Source of the DNA: an uncultured Flavobacteriaceae bacterium
Lineage (GTDB): Bacteria; Bacteroidota; Bacteroidia; Flavobacteriales; Flavobacteriaceae
DNA length: 64,000 nt
Direction of reading: 5' to 3'
NCBI GenBank assembly: GCA_964276095.1
Contig: CAXYDR010000002.1
Span: 23,589 to 87,588, forward strand
Each line of letters opens with the position of its first letter. Position 1 is the first letter of the stretch. The notes below the pieces were generated by a model. It did not search any database and had not been told where the DNA came from. It worked only from the letters and a program-made list of their open reading frames with translations. The translations under genes were made by a program, and so were the position numbers. Positions 1 through 7,493 of the stretch are shown here, piece by piece.

Positions 1-166
1 TGCTTCAAAAAATTTCGAGGATGCTAATGTAGAGTTATACACACTTAGTAACTATGAAAATTTAATTGAGCAAGCAGCTGAAACAAATTACATTTCAACC
101 GATGAAATAAAAACATTACAAGAATGGAGAACAAATCCTTCTGAATGGAACGCTATTTGCAAATAA
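1..166 (+). CDS. pyrE: orotate phosphoribosyltransferase, C-terminal fragment (5' end outside window)
   Basis: Frame 2 is open from the window edge to TAA at 164-166. The translation ...LYTLSNYENLIEQAAETNYISTDEIKTLQEWRTNPSEWNAICK resembles flavobacterial PyrE C-termini (from memory, not searched). Confidence 0.5.
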   Translation, partial: ASKNFEDANVELYTLSNYENLIEQAAETNYISTDEIKTLQEWRTNPSEWNAICK

Positions 167-185
167 GTTAATAAAAATATCACAA

Positions 186-572
186 ATGAATATAGAAGGA
201 AACAAAGTAACTATAAAAAAATCAAAATCTGAAGTTATTACATTTTTAACAAAAATGGAAAATTTTGAACAACTAATGCCTGAAAACACAAAGTTTGAAG
301 TATTAAGCGATGATGTATTTCTTTTTGGATTAAAAGGGATGCCAGAAATAAAACTTCGTTTAAAAGAGCAAACTGAAGACAAGGTAATATTAGGTGCTGC
401 AAGTGACAAGTTACCATTTACATTAGTAGCAAACCTTAACGAAATTGATGCTTCAACAACTGAAACTCAATTATCATTTACAGGTGAATTTAATGCAATG
501 ATGGCAATGATGGTAAAAGGTCCAATAACTAAGTTTGTAGGTCAATTATCAGAAAAACTAGGTCAGATTTAA
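186..572 (+). CDS. SRPBCC-fold (polyketide cyclase/CoxG-like) family protein
   Basis: 128-aa ORF. Its size and position after pyrE are typical of Flavobacteriaceae, but no catalytic motif was recognised. Confidence 0.5.
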   Translation: MNIEGNKVTIKKSKSEVITFLTKMENFEQLMPENTKFEVLSDDVFLFGLKGMPEIKLRLKEQTEDKVILGAASDKLPFTLVANLNEIDASTTETQLSFTGEFNAMMAMMVKGPITKFVGQLSEKLGQI

Positions 573-1243
573 TACATTAGTTTTACTTCTTTCAATCTGA
601 ATTCTTGTAAGATTTCATCTTCAAGTAATACCTGTAATTTCCCCGACGAAGTTACATTTTTAATAAAACCAGAAAACAATTCGCCTTCTGCATTTTTAAA
701 TGTAGAAGGTTTGTTTTTTCTAAACAGATCCTTTTCGTAAGCTTTATGAAGTTCAGAATGTTTACCATCTTTCAACGTTATAACTTGACGCTGTAATTCT
801 ACAATAATTAAAATCAGCAATTCATCTAAATCAAAATGACTCCCCATAATGTTTTTTAGTGAACTTGCTTTAAATTCAGGATTAAAAATTGTTTGATTCA
901 CATTTATACCAATACCTATTACGGAATGTGAAGTTCCATTGGACTTAACAATGTTTTCAATTAATATTCCACATACTTTTTTGTGATGTGCCAATATGTC
1001 GTTTGGCCATTTAATACTTAAATGAGGAACTAATATTTTTTTCAATACATTAAAAACAGATATCGATACAGCACAGTTTAAATAAAACTGATTTTGAGCC
1101 TGTAAGAATGATGTATTTAAAAATACACTAAACGTAAGGTTTTCTCCTATATTAGAGCTCCACTCACTTCCTAACTGCCCTTTTCCATTAGTTTGATTTT
1201 GAGCAGAAATAACGGTAAAATCATCCACAATATTTTGTGACAT
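569..1243 (-). CDS. birA: biotin--[acetyl-CoA-carboxylase] ligase (class I BirA); true 5' end probably upstream of 1243
   Basis: Carries the KWPNDI motif and GKGQLGSEW (a GRGRxGRxW equivalent). The in-frame upstream codons 1244-1327 encode IKIIKLHTIPSTNDYLKKY, the conserved BirA N-terminus, but contain no ATG, GTG or TTG. Confidence 0.88.
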   Translation of the reverse strand: MSQNIVDDFTVISAQNQTNGKGQLGSEWSSNIGENLTFSVFLNTSFLQAQNQFYLNCAVSISVFNVLKKILVPHLSIKWPNDILAHHKKVCGILIENIVKSNGTSHSVIGIGINVNQTIFNPEFKASSLKNIMGSHFDLDELLILIIVELQRQVITLKDGKHSELHKAYEKDLFRKNKPSTFKNAEGELFSGFIKNVTSSGKLQVLLEDEILQEFRLKEVKLMY

Positions 1244-1353
1244 ATACTTTTTTAAGTAGTCATTTGTTGATGGAATGGTATGAAGTTTGATTATTTTGAT
1301 AAAACAAATGTAAAACTTATAATAATTCTAACCATTAAACGACAAAAAAATAA

Positions 1354-1361
1354 TATTTTTG
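1354..1361 (+). promoter_or_regulatory. candidate Bacteroidetes -7 promoter box (TATTTTTG) for rsfS-ftsH
   Basis: Exact TAnnTTTG match 19 nt upstream of the rsfS ATG. No clear -33 TTG was found. Confidence 0.4.
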
Positions 1362-1380
1362 CAAGTTCAAATTACAATTA

Positions 1381-1752
1381 ATGATAACGAAGACAATTAA
1401 TACTGACGATTTAATCTCAATGATTATTAAAGGAATTGAAGAGGTTAAAGGAAATGACATAGATATATTGGATTTACGTGAAATAGACAACACGGCATCT
1501 GATTACTTTATTATTTGCAGCGGAAACTCAAATACACAAGTAAATGCTATTGTGGGTTCTGTACAAAAAATAGTTAGTAAAGAACTAAAAGACAAGCCTT
1601 GGCACATCGAAGGAAGTGATAATGCTGAATGGGTTTTAATGGATTATGTAAATGTTGTTGTACACGTTTTTCAATCTCACATTAGAGAGTACTACGATAT
1701 AGAAGGATTATGGGGAGACGCTAAAATAACTTCAATAAAAACAGAATACTAA
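1381..1752 (+). CDS. rsfS: ribosome silencing factor RsfS (iojap-like)
   Basis: 123 aa with DYFIICSG...WVLMDY..VVVHVF...R.YY.IE.LW, which is characteristic of RsfS. Confidence 0.9.
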   Translation: MITKTINTDDLISMIIKGIEEVKGNDIDILDLREIDNTASDYFIICSGNSNTQVNAIVGSVQKIVSKELKDKPWHIEGSDNAEWVLMDYVNVVVHVFQSHIREYYDIEGLWGDAKITSIKTEY

Positions 1753-1765
1753 ATCAATCAGACGT

Positions 1766-3703
1766 ATGTCAGACAACAACAAGAATGAAGCTAAAAAACC
1801 TAAATTCAATGTATTTTGGATTTATGGCGCAATATCTTTAGTCTTACTTTTTTTTGTACTTAACAACAATACTGATACAGAAAGCGAAGTAAGTTTTTCT
1901 AAATTTAAAGAATACGTTCCTCAAAACGATATTAAGGAAATCGTAATGGTTCCAAATATGAGGTTAGCTCATGTTTACCTTACTGATGCTGCCTTAAAGA
2001 AAGAGGAATACAAAGAATTTACTAAGAAAAAAGGACTTTCTTTTATAGGAAAGGCCCCTGACTTCTCAGTACAGTATCTTGATCTTCAAAACTTCGAAAA
2101 CTACTTAAGCGAACAAAAGCAAAGGAATAACTTAAGTTTCACATTAGACGTTAAACAGCAAGACAATACGTTTACCGACTTACTTATGGGGCTTTTACCA
2201 TTTGTACTTATCATTGGATTGTGGTTGTTTTTTATGAAAAGAATGTCTGGTGGTTCTGGAGGCGGTCCTGGAGGTCAGATTTTCAACATTGGGAAATCCA
2301 AAGCAAAATTATTTGATCAAAAAGCAGATATAAAAACAACATTTAAGGATGTTGCTGGATTAGAAGGCGCAAAAGAAGAGGTTGAAGAAATTGTTGATTT
2401 CTTAAAAAACCCAGGGAAATACACAGCCTTAGGTGGTAAAATTCCAAAAGGAGCATTACTAGTTGGTCCTCCTGGAACAGGAAAAACCTTACTTGCTAAA
2501 GCAGTTGCTGGTGAAGCAAAAGTACCTTTCTTCTCATTATCAGGATCTGATTTTGTAGAAATGTTTGTTGGTGTTGGAGCATCTAGAGTTCGTGATTTAT
2601 TCAAGCAAGCGAAAGAAAAATCTCCTTCAATCATATTCATTGATGAAATTGATGCCATTGGTAGAGCAAGAGGTAAAAACGCAATGTCGGGTAGTAATGA
2701 CGAAAGAGAAAATACGCTAAACCAACTACTTACAGAAATGGATGGTTTTGGAACTAATGACAATGTAATTGTTTTAGCCGCAACCAACAGAGCCGATATT
2801 TTAGATAAAGCCTTAATGCGTGCAGGTAGGTTTGACAGACAGATATATGTTGATTTACCAGATATTAGAGAACGTAAAGAGATTTTTGAAGTGCACCTTA
2901 AACCTTTAAAAATCAAAAAGGGATTAGATACTAGATTTCTTTCTAAACAAACTCCTGGATTCTCAGGAGCCGATATTGCAAACATGTGTAATGAAGCAGC
3001 TTTAATAGCAGCTAGAAATGGTAAAACGGAAATTGACAAACAAGATTTCTTAGATGCTGTTGATAGAATTATTGGTGGTTTAGAAAAGAAAAATAAAATT
3101 ATCACTCCGTCTGAAAAGAAAGCAATTGCATTTCATGAAGCTGGTCACGCTACAGTTAGTTGGATGTTAGAACATGCTGCTCCACTTGTAAAAGTAACTA
3201 TTGTTCCCAGAGGTAAAGCTCTAGGTGCTGCTTGGTACTTACCAGAGGAGAGAATGATTGTTCGTCCTGAGCAGATGTTAGATGAAATGTGCGCTACTCT
3301 TGGTGGTCGTGCAGCAGAAAAAATTATTTTTAATAAAATTTCAACTGGTGCTTTAAGTGATCTTGAAAAAGTTACTAAGCAAGCCCGTGGAATGGTTACT
3401 GTATATGGATTAAGCGAGAAAGTAGGTAATATTACATACTACGATTCTTCTGGTCAAGAAAGCGGATTCACCAAACCATATAGTGAAAAAACTGCTGAAT
3501 TAATTGATTCAGAAATTTCTGACATCATTGAAAAACAATACGTAAGAGCTATTGAATTACTTGAGAGTCACAAAGATAAACTTACTCAATTAGCAGAAGT
3601 TTTGCTTAAAAAAGAAGTTATTTTCAGAGACGATTTAGAAAGTATTTTTGGTAAAAGACCTTTTCAAGTTGAAGCTAAAGATAACGATCTAGAGGAAGAA
3701 TAA
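1766..3703 (+). CDS. ftsH: ATP-dependent zinc metalloprotease FtsH
   Basis: N-terminal TM helices, Walker A GPPGTGKT, Walker B IIFIDEID, an SRH region, and the zinc site HEAGHA. Confidence 0.97.
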   Translation: MSDNNKNEAKKPKFNVFWIYGAISLVLLFFVLNNNTDTESEVSFSKFKEYVPQNDIKEIVMVPNMRLAHVYLTDAALKKEEYKEFTKKKGLSFIGKAPDFSVQYLDLQNFENYLSEQKQRNNLSFTLDVKQQDNTFTDLLMGLLPFVLIIGLWLFFMKRMSGGSGGGPGGQIFNIGKSKAKLFDQKADIKTTFKDVAGLEGAKEEVEEIVDFLKNPGKYTALGGKIPKGALLVGPPGTGKTLLAKAVAGEAKVPFFSLSGSDFVEMFVGVGASRVRDLFKQAKEKSPSIIFIDEIDAIGRARGKNAMSGSNDERENTLNQLLTEMDGFGTNDNVIVLAATNRADILDKALMRAGRFDRQIYVDLPDIRERKEIFEVHLKPLKIKKGLDTRFLSKQTPGFSGADIANMCNEAALIAARNGKTEIDKQDFLDAVDRIIGGLEKKNKIITPSEKKAIAFHEAGHATVSWMLEHAAPLVKVTIVPRGKALGAAWYLPEERMIVRPEQMLDEMCATLGGRAAEKIIFNKISTGALSDLEKVTKQARGMVTVYGLSEKVGNITYYDSSGQESGFTKPYSEKTAELIDSEISDIIEKQYVRAIELLESHKDKLTQLAEVLLKKEVIFRDDLESIFGKRPFQVEAKDNDLEEE

Positions 3704-3725
3704 TTTAACTCTTATAAAACATCTT

Positions 3726-3765
3726 AAAAACTTAATTTAAATCTGATTTAAATTAAGTTTTTTTT
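3726..3765 (+). terminator. rho-independent terminator after ftsH
   Basis: Perfect 14-bp stem AACTTAATTTAAAT / ATTTAAATTAAGTT (3729-3742 / 3746-3759), 3-nt loop, followed by a T run. Confidence 0.7.
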
Positions 3766-3766
3766 A

Positions 3767-3774
3767 TATATTTG
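3767..3774 (+). promoter_or_regulatory. candidate -7 box (TATATTTG) for the LUD-cdsA-psd-ACBP operon
   Basis: Exact TAnnTTTG match 38 nt upstream of the ATG at 3813, immediately after the ftsH terminator. Confidence 0.4.
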
Positions 3775-3812
3775 GATTAACAACCCCACTTTAAAAAACG
3801 CTCTCTCAATTT

Positions 3813-4409
3813 ATGGGGATATTTAAAAAGATTTTTGGCAAAAACAAAAAAACTACTTCGTCTAATAAAGGCGAACAAGGGAAGTACATGCCTAAAGAGA
3901 ATATGCCTGTTGATGAGCTATTCACTATAAATTTCATGAAAAACGGCGGTAAATTTATTTACTGTGATTCCATGAGTGAAGTTTCTGAAAACTTCAATGC
4001 TATTTTAGAAGAAAACAATTGGGACATCAAAAATGTACTTTGCTACAATGACTCTCTTAAAAAACGATTTGAGAGCTTTAAAATAAACTACACTACTAAA
4101 ACCCCATCTTTCTTTTTTACCAATTGCGAAAGTTTAATTGCCGATAAAGGATCTATTTTAATTTCTTCTAATCAAATCAAAGAACAGAAATTGGATGACT
4201 TGCCTAATGATTTTATTTTATTCGCTACAACAAGCCAATTAAAAGAGACTATTAGCGAAGGACTAAGAACAATTAAGAACAATCGTCAAAAGTCCTTACC
4301 TTCAAACATTACTACTTTAAAACACTTCAAATTTTCAAAAGAAAAAGATTTTATGACTTACGGGAATAGCACAAAAAACCTATATTTGCTACTTTTGGAA
4401 GATTTATAA
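3813..4409 (+). CDS. LUD (LutC-like) domain protein
   Basis: 198 aa. The FxxNFxKNGGKFIYC N-terminal pattern and the position between ftsH and cdsA are typical of flavobacterial LUD-domain proteins (memory-based). Confidence 0.55.
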   Translation: MGIFKKIFGKNKKTTSSNKGEQGKYMPKENMPVDELFTINFMKNGGKFIYCDSMSEVSENFNAILEENNWDIKNVLCYNDSLKKRFESFKINYTTKTPSFFFTNCESLIADKGSILISSNQIKEQKLDDLPNDFILFATTSQLKETISEGLRTIKNNRQKSLPSNITTLKHFKFSKEKDFMTYGNSTKNLYLLLLEDL

Positions 4410-4410
4410 A

Positions 4411-5238
4411 ATGAACGAAACTTTAACCCGCTCTTTATCTGGATTAGTATACATAACAGTACTAATTTCTGCTATTTACTTTTCTGACAATGGACTTATC
4501 TTCGCTGGATTAATGTTTCTATTTGCTGGTATTTCATGCTGGGAATTCAACAACCTACTTAAGATAAATAATTCAAGATCATACTTTCAATTAGTTATTA
4601 TAGCATATTTTACTTATTTGACTATAACCGGAGACACACATACTTCTAGTATTGTCTTTCTAATTTTAGCTATTGGAACATCTATAACTCATCTTTTTTT
4701 AACTAATAATTTATTCAAATTAAAAAAAGTAAACGAAAACAGCATATTAAAACAACAACTACCTTTACTTTATATTTTAATACCATTTTCGATAATAACG
4801 CTAATACCATCTATAGTAAACAACACATATAATCCGCATATCATTTTCGGAATACTAATAATTATATGGTCAAATGACACCTTTGCCTATTTAATTGGAA
4901 AGAACTTTGGAAAACGTAAATTATTTGAAAAAGTATCTCCTAAAAAGACAATTGAAGGCTTTGTTGGAGGTATGATATTTGGAGTTATTTCGGCACTTAT
5001 TATTGCCTATACAACTTCAAGTCTTTCTATATTTCATTGGATTGTTCTGAGTATTATTATTAGTATCTTTGGCACAATTGGCGACTTAGTTGCCTCAAAA
5101 TTTAAACGCGAAGCAAACATTAAGGATAGTAGTAATTTAATTCCCGGACATGGTGGATTTTTAGACAGACTAGACAGCTTAATTTTTGTTTCATCATTCG
5201 TATATTTATACTTACAATTAATCAATTATGTTTCATAA
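4411..5238 (+). CDS. cdsA: phosphatidate cytidylyltransferase
   Basis: Polytopic membrane protein with the CDS signature SNDTFAYLIGKNFGKRKL..VSPKKTIEG and C-terminal GHGGFLDRLDS. Confidence 0.92.
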   Translation: MNETLTRSLSGLVYITVLISAIYFSDNGLIFAGLMFLFAGISCWEFNNLLKINNSRSYFQLVIIAYFTYLTITGDTHTSSIVFLILAIGTSITHLFLTNNLFKLKKVNENSILKQQLPLLYILIPFSIITLIPSIVNNTYNPHIIFGILIIIWSNDTFAYLIGKNFGKRKLFEKVSPKKTIEGFVGGMIFGVISALIIAYTTSSLSIFHWIVLSIIISIFGTIGDLVASKFKREANIKDSSNLIPGHGGFLDRLDSLIFVSSFVYLYLQLINYVS

Positions 5239-5881
5239 AGAAGGACATCAGTCAATTTTAATAACACTATTCGTAGTAGTGGCACTATTTTTAGGAGCGG
5301 AATACGTTACTAGTAATCAAATAATACAATACATTATTTATGGTATTGCATTATTTTTATTAGTAATAATCTTGCAATTTTTCAGGAACCCTAAAAGATA
5401 CACTGCGCAAAACGAAAATCATATTATCGCTCCAGTTGATGGGAAAGTTGTTGTAATAGAAGAAGTATTTGAAAAAGAATACTTTCAGGACAAAAGATTG
5501 CAAGTATCTATATTCATGTCACCAATAAATGTACACGTTACAAGATACGCGATAAGTGGTTTGGTAAAGTTTAGTAAATACCATCCAGGTAAATTTTTGG
5601 TTGCATGGCACCCAAAAGCTTCCGAAGAAAACGAAAGAACCACTATTGTTGTAGAGAATAAAACTTTTGGCGAAGTATTATACAGACAAATTGCAGGAGC
5701 ATTAGCAAAAAGAATTGTAAATTACGCAAAAGAAGGAACTCAAGTAGTTCAAGGTACCGACGCTGGATTTATTAAATTTGGATCTAGAGTAGACATCTTT
5801 TTACCACTAGACACCAAACTAGACATAAAATTAAACGACGTTGTTAAAGGGGGAGAAACAATAGTTGCTATTAATGAGTAA
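5228..5881 (+). CDS. psd: phosphatidylserine decarboxylase family protein (short form)
   Basis: 217 aa with N-terminal TM helices and the C-terminal FGSRVD self-cleavage-type motif (GS). It overlaps cdsA by 11 nt. Confidence 0.88.
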   Translation: MFHKEGHQSILITLFVVVALFLGAEYVTSNQIIQYIIYGIALFLLVIILQFFRNPKRYTAQNENHIIAPVDGKVVVIEEVFEKEYFQDKRLQVSIFMSPINVHVTRYAISGLVKFSKYHPGKFLVAWHPKASEENERTTIVVENKTFGEVLYRQIAGALAKRIVNYAKEGTQVVQGTDAGFIKFGSRVDIFLPLDTKLDIKLNDVVKGGETIVAINE

Positions 5882-6173
5882 AACAGACACTTTACATACA
5901 CGATTTTCAAAAGCTTTTGAAGCGGCTAATTCAATGGATGACATTTTGATTCCAATAGATTTAAGACTGCAATTTTATGCCTACTATAAGCAAGCTACGG
6001 TTAGCTCTTCGGCATTTTACTCTTCAAATGATCCAGATCAAATAAGAAATGCATTTAAAATGAATGCAATGCTACAGGTAAGACACTTATCTATTGACGA
6101 TGCCAAATTAGCTTACATTGAATTAGTTAACGATACTATTAAAAAGTATAACGTTGACATTGAATTTATTTAA
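5874..6173 (+). CDS. acyl-CoA-binding protein (ACBP)-like
   Basis: YYKQATV and AFKMNAM...AKLAYIELV align with the eukaryotic ACBP motifs YKQATxG and KWDAW...AMxxYI. The ATG at 5874 (ATGAGTAA overlap with the psd stop) is preferred over the ORF-track TTG at 5865. Confidence 0.7.
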   Translation: MSKTDTLHTRFSKAFEAANSMDDILIPIDLRLQFYAYYKQATVSSSAFYSSNDPDQIRNAFKMNAMLQVRHLSIDDAKLAYIELVNDTIKKYNVDIEFI

Positions 6174-6289
6174 ATAAAACTTACTCGAAGTTGATTTAAA
6201 CAGGAATCAAACCTTAAATATTTACAATAAGGTAAACTTCGATAAATTAATCCCACTAGTGGGAATCAACCTAAATAAAACCAATAATT

Positions 6290-6925
6290 ATGAAAAAAGT
6301 AATTCTATGCTTGCTAGTCAGTTCTCTATTCATCACTTCTTGTAAAAAAGAAGTTAAACAACCAGAAGTTACCACGCAAGAAGCAAAAAGCCCAACCTAC
6401 AGTGTTGACACAAGCACTACAGAAGTAAATTGGACTGCATATAAAACAACTGCAAAAACACCTGTAAAAGGAATTTTCACACATTTAAATATCGAAAAAC
6501 CTATACAAAGTGACAGTAAACAAGGTGCATTTGCAAACCTAGAGTTTAGTATTCCAGTTTCTAGTTTCTTTTCTAAAAATGAAGTTAGAGATAATAAAAT
6601 CAAAGCATTATTCTTTGGAGTAATGAAAGAAACAACACTAATTTCTGGTCATTTTTCAAACATCACTGGGAATGAAGAAGAGGGAGCGATGTCATTAAAT
6701 TTAAAAATGAACGGTGAAACTATAGCCGTTCCTATGAAATATACAATCACAGACAACAAAGTTGACATTAACGGGACCATTACAAATTTAATGGACTGGA
6801 GAATGGAGGACGCATTCAAATCACTACATAAAGCTTGCGAACTATTACATACTGGTGAAGATGGAATTAGTAGAACATGGGAAGATGTTGCAATTAGCGC
6901 TACTGCTGTTTTAAAATCAAACTAA
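6290..6925 (+). CDS. lipoprotein, possibly YceI-like
   Basis: Lipoprotein signal peptide with lipobox LFITSC. The pattern EVNWTAYKT..KTPVKGIF is reminiscent of YceI domains, but the function call is weak. Confidence 0.45.
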   Translation: MKKVILCLLVSSLFITSCKKEVKQPEVTTQEAKSPTYSVDTSTTEVNWTAYKTTAKTPVKGIFTHLNIEKPIQSDSKQGAFANLEFSIPVSSFFSKNEVRDNKIKALFFGVMKETTLISGHFSNITGNEEEGAMSLNLKMNGETIAVPMKYTITDNKVDINGTITNLMDWRMEDAFKSLHKACELLHTGEDGISRTWEDVAISATAVLKSN

Positions 6926-6943
6926 AAAAAATATTCTTTCAAT

Positions 6944-6973
6944 AAAAAACCACGCATATGCGTGGTTTTTTTT
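6944..6973 (+). terminator. rho-independent terminator
   Basis: The palindrome CCACGCATATGCGTGG (6950-6965) is flanked by an A run and followed by T8. Confidence 0.8.
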
Positions 6974-7160
6974 ATGTCATAAAGTCAAAATATTAAAATA
7001 AGTCAATAATTAATGTATTGTACGCATTTCTGTTAAAATACAATACAAGAACTACATGATAAGCCTATTTAGCTACTAATCAATAATTTAAGTGTTAAAA
7101 TAATTAAATAAATTTAATTATTTTGTATCTTATAACCTCTAACTATTAAAAACGTTCATT

Positions 7161-7388
7161 ATGAAAAATTTTATTTTAACACTCGTAGTAGCACTTGCTA
7201 TATTGTTTATATTCGTAAGCAATACTACCGAAAAACAAGATAAAGGGGAAAAGATTACAATCTGCCATATTCCTCCAGGAAACCCTGAAAATGCTCATAC
7301 GATTAGAGTTAGTATAAACGCACTAGAAGCGCATTTAAACCACGGTGACTCTATTGGTAGCTGTGATAATGGTGGAGGTGATCAATAA
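7161..7388 (+). CDS. small secreted protein with a CHxPPGNP...AHLxHGD..G.C motif, function unknown
   Basis: 75 aa. A hydrophobic signal-like N-terminus is followed by ITICHIPPGNPENAHTIRVSINALEAHLNHGDSIGSC. It is a stand-alone unit flanked by terminators. Confidence 0.6.
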   Translation: MKNFILTLVVALAILFIFVSNTTEKQDKGEKITICHIPPGNPENAHTIRVSINALEAHLNHGDSIGSCDNGGGDQ

Positions 7389-7435
7389 AAAATCACTCGT
7401 AAACTAAAAAAGCATTCTAAAAGAAGTTTAGAAAT

Positions 7436-7475
7436 AAAAGCCCCTCACAAACAAGGTTGTGAGGGGCTTTTATTT
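7436..7475. terminator. bidirectional terminator between the small ORF and valS
   Basis: 11-bp GC-rich stem GCCCCTCACAA / TTGTGAGGGGC (7440-7450 / 7457-7467) with A and T runs on either side. Confidence 0.8.
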
Positions 7476-7493
7476 ATTCTAACATTCTGAAAT

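Noticed and set aside
2317-3105. A 262-aa ORF antisense to ftsH.
   Set aside because: It lies entirely within the highly conserved AAA+ core of ftsH on the opposite strand. Its translation is low-complexity (S/L/F/K rich) with no recognisable motif, which is typical of a stop-poor antisense frame in a strongly codon-biased gene.
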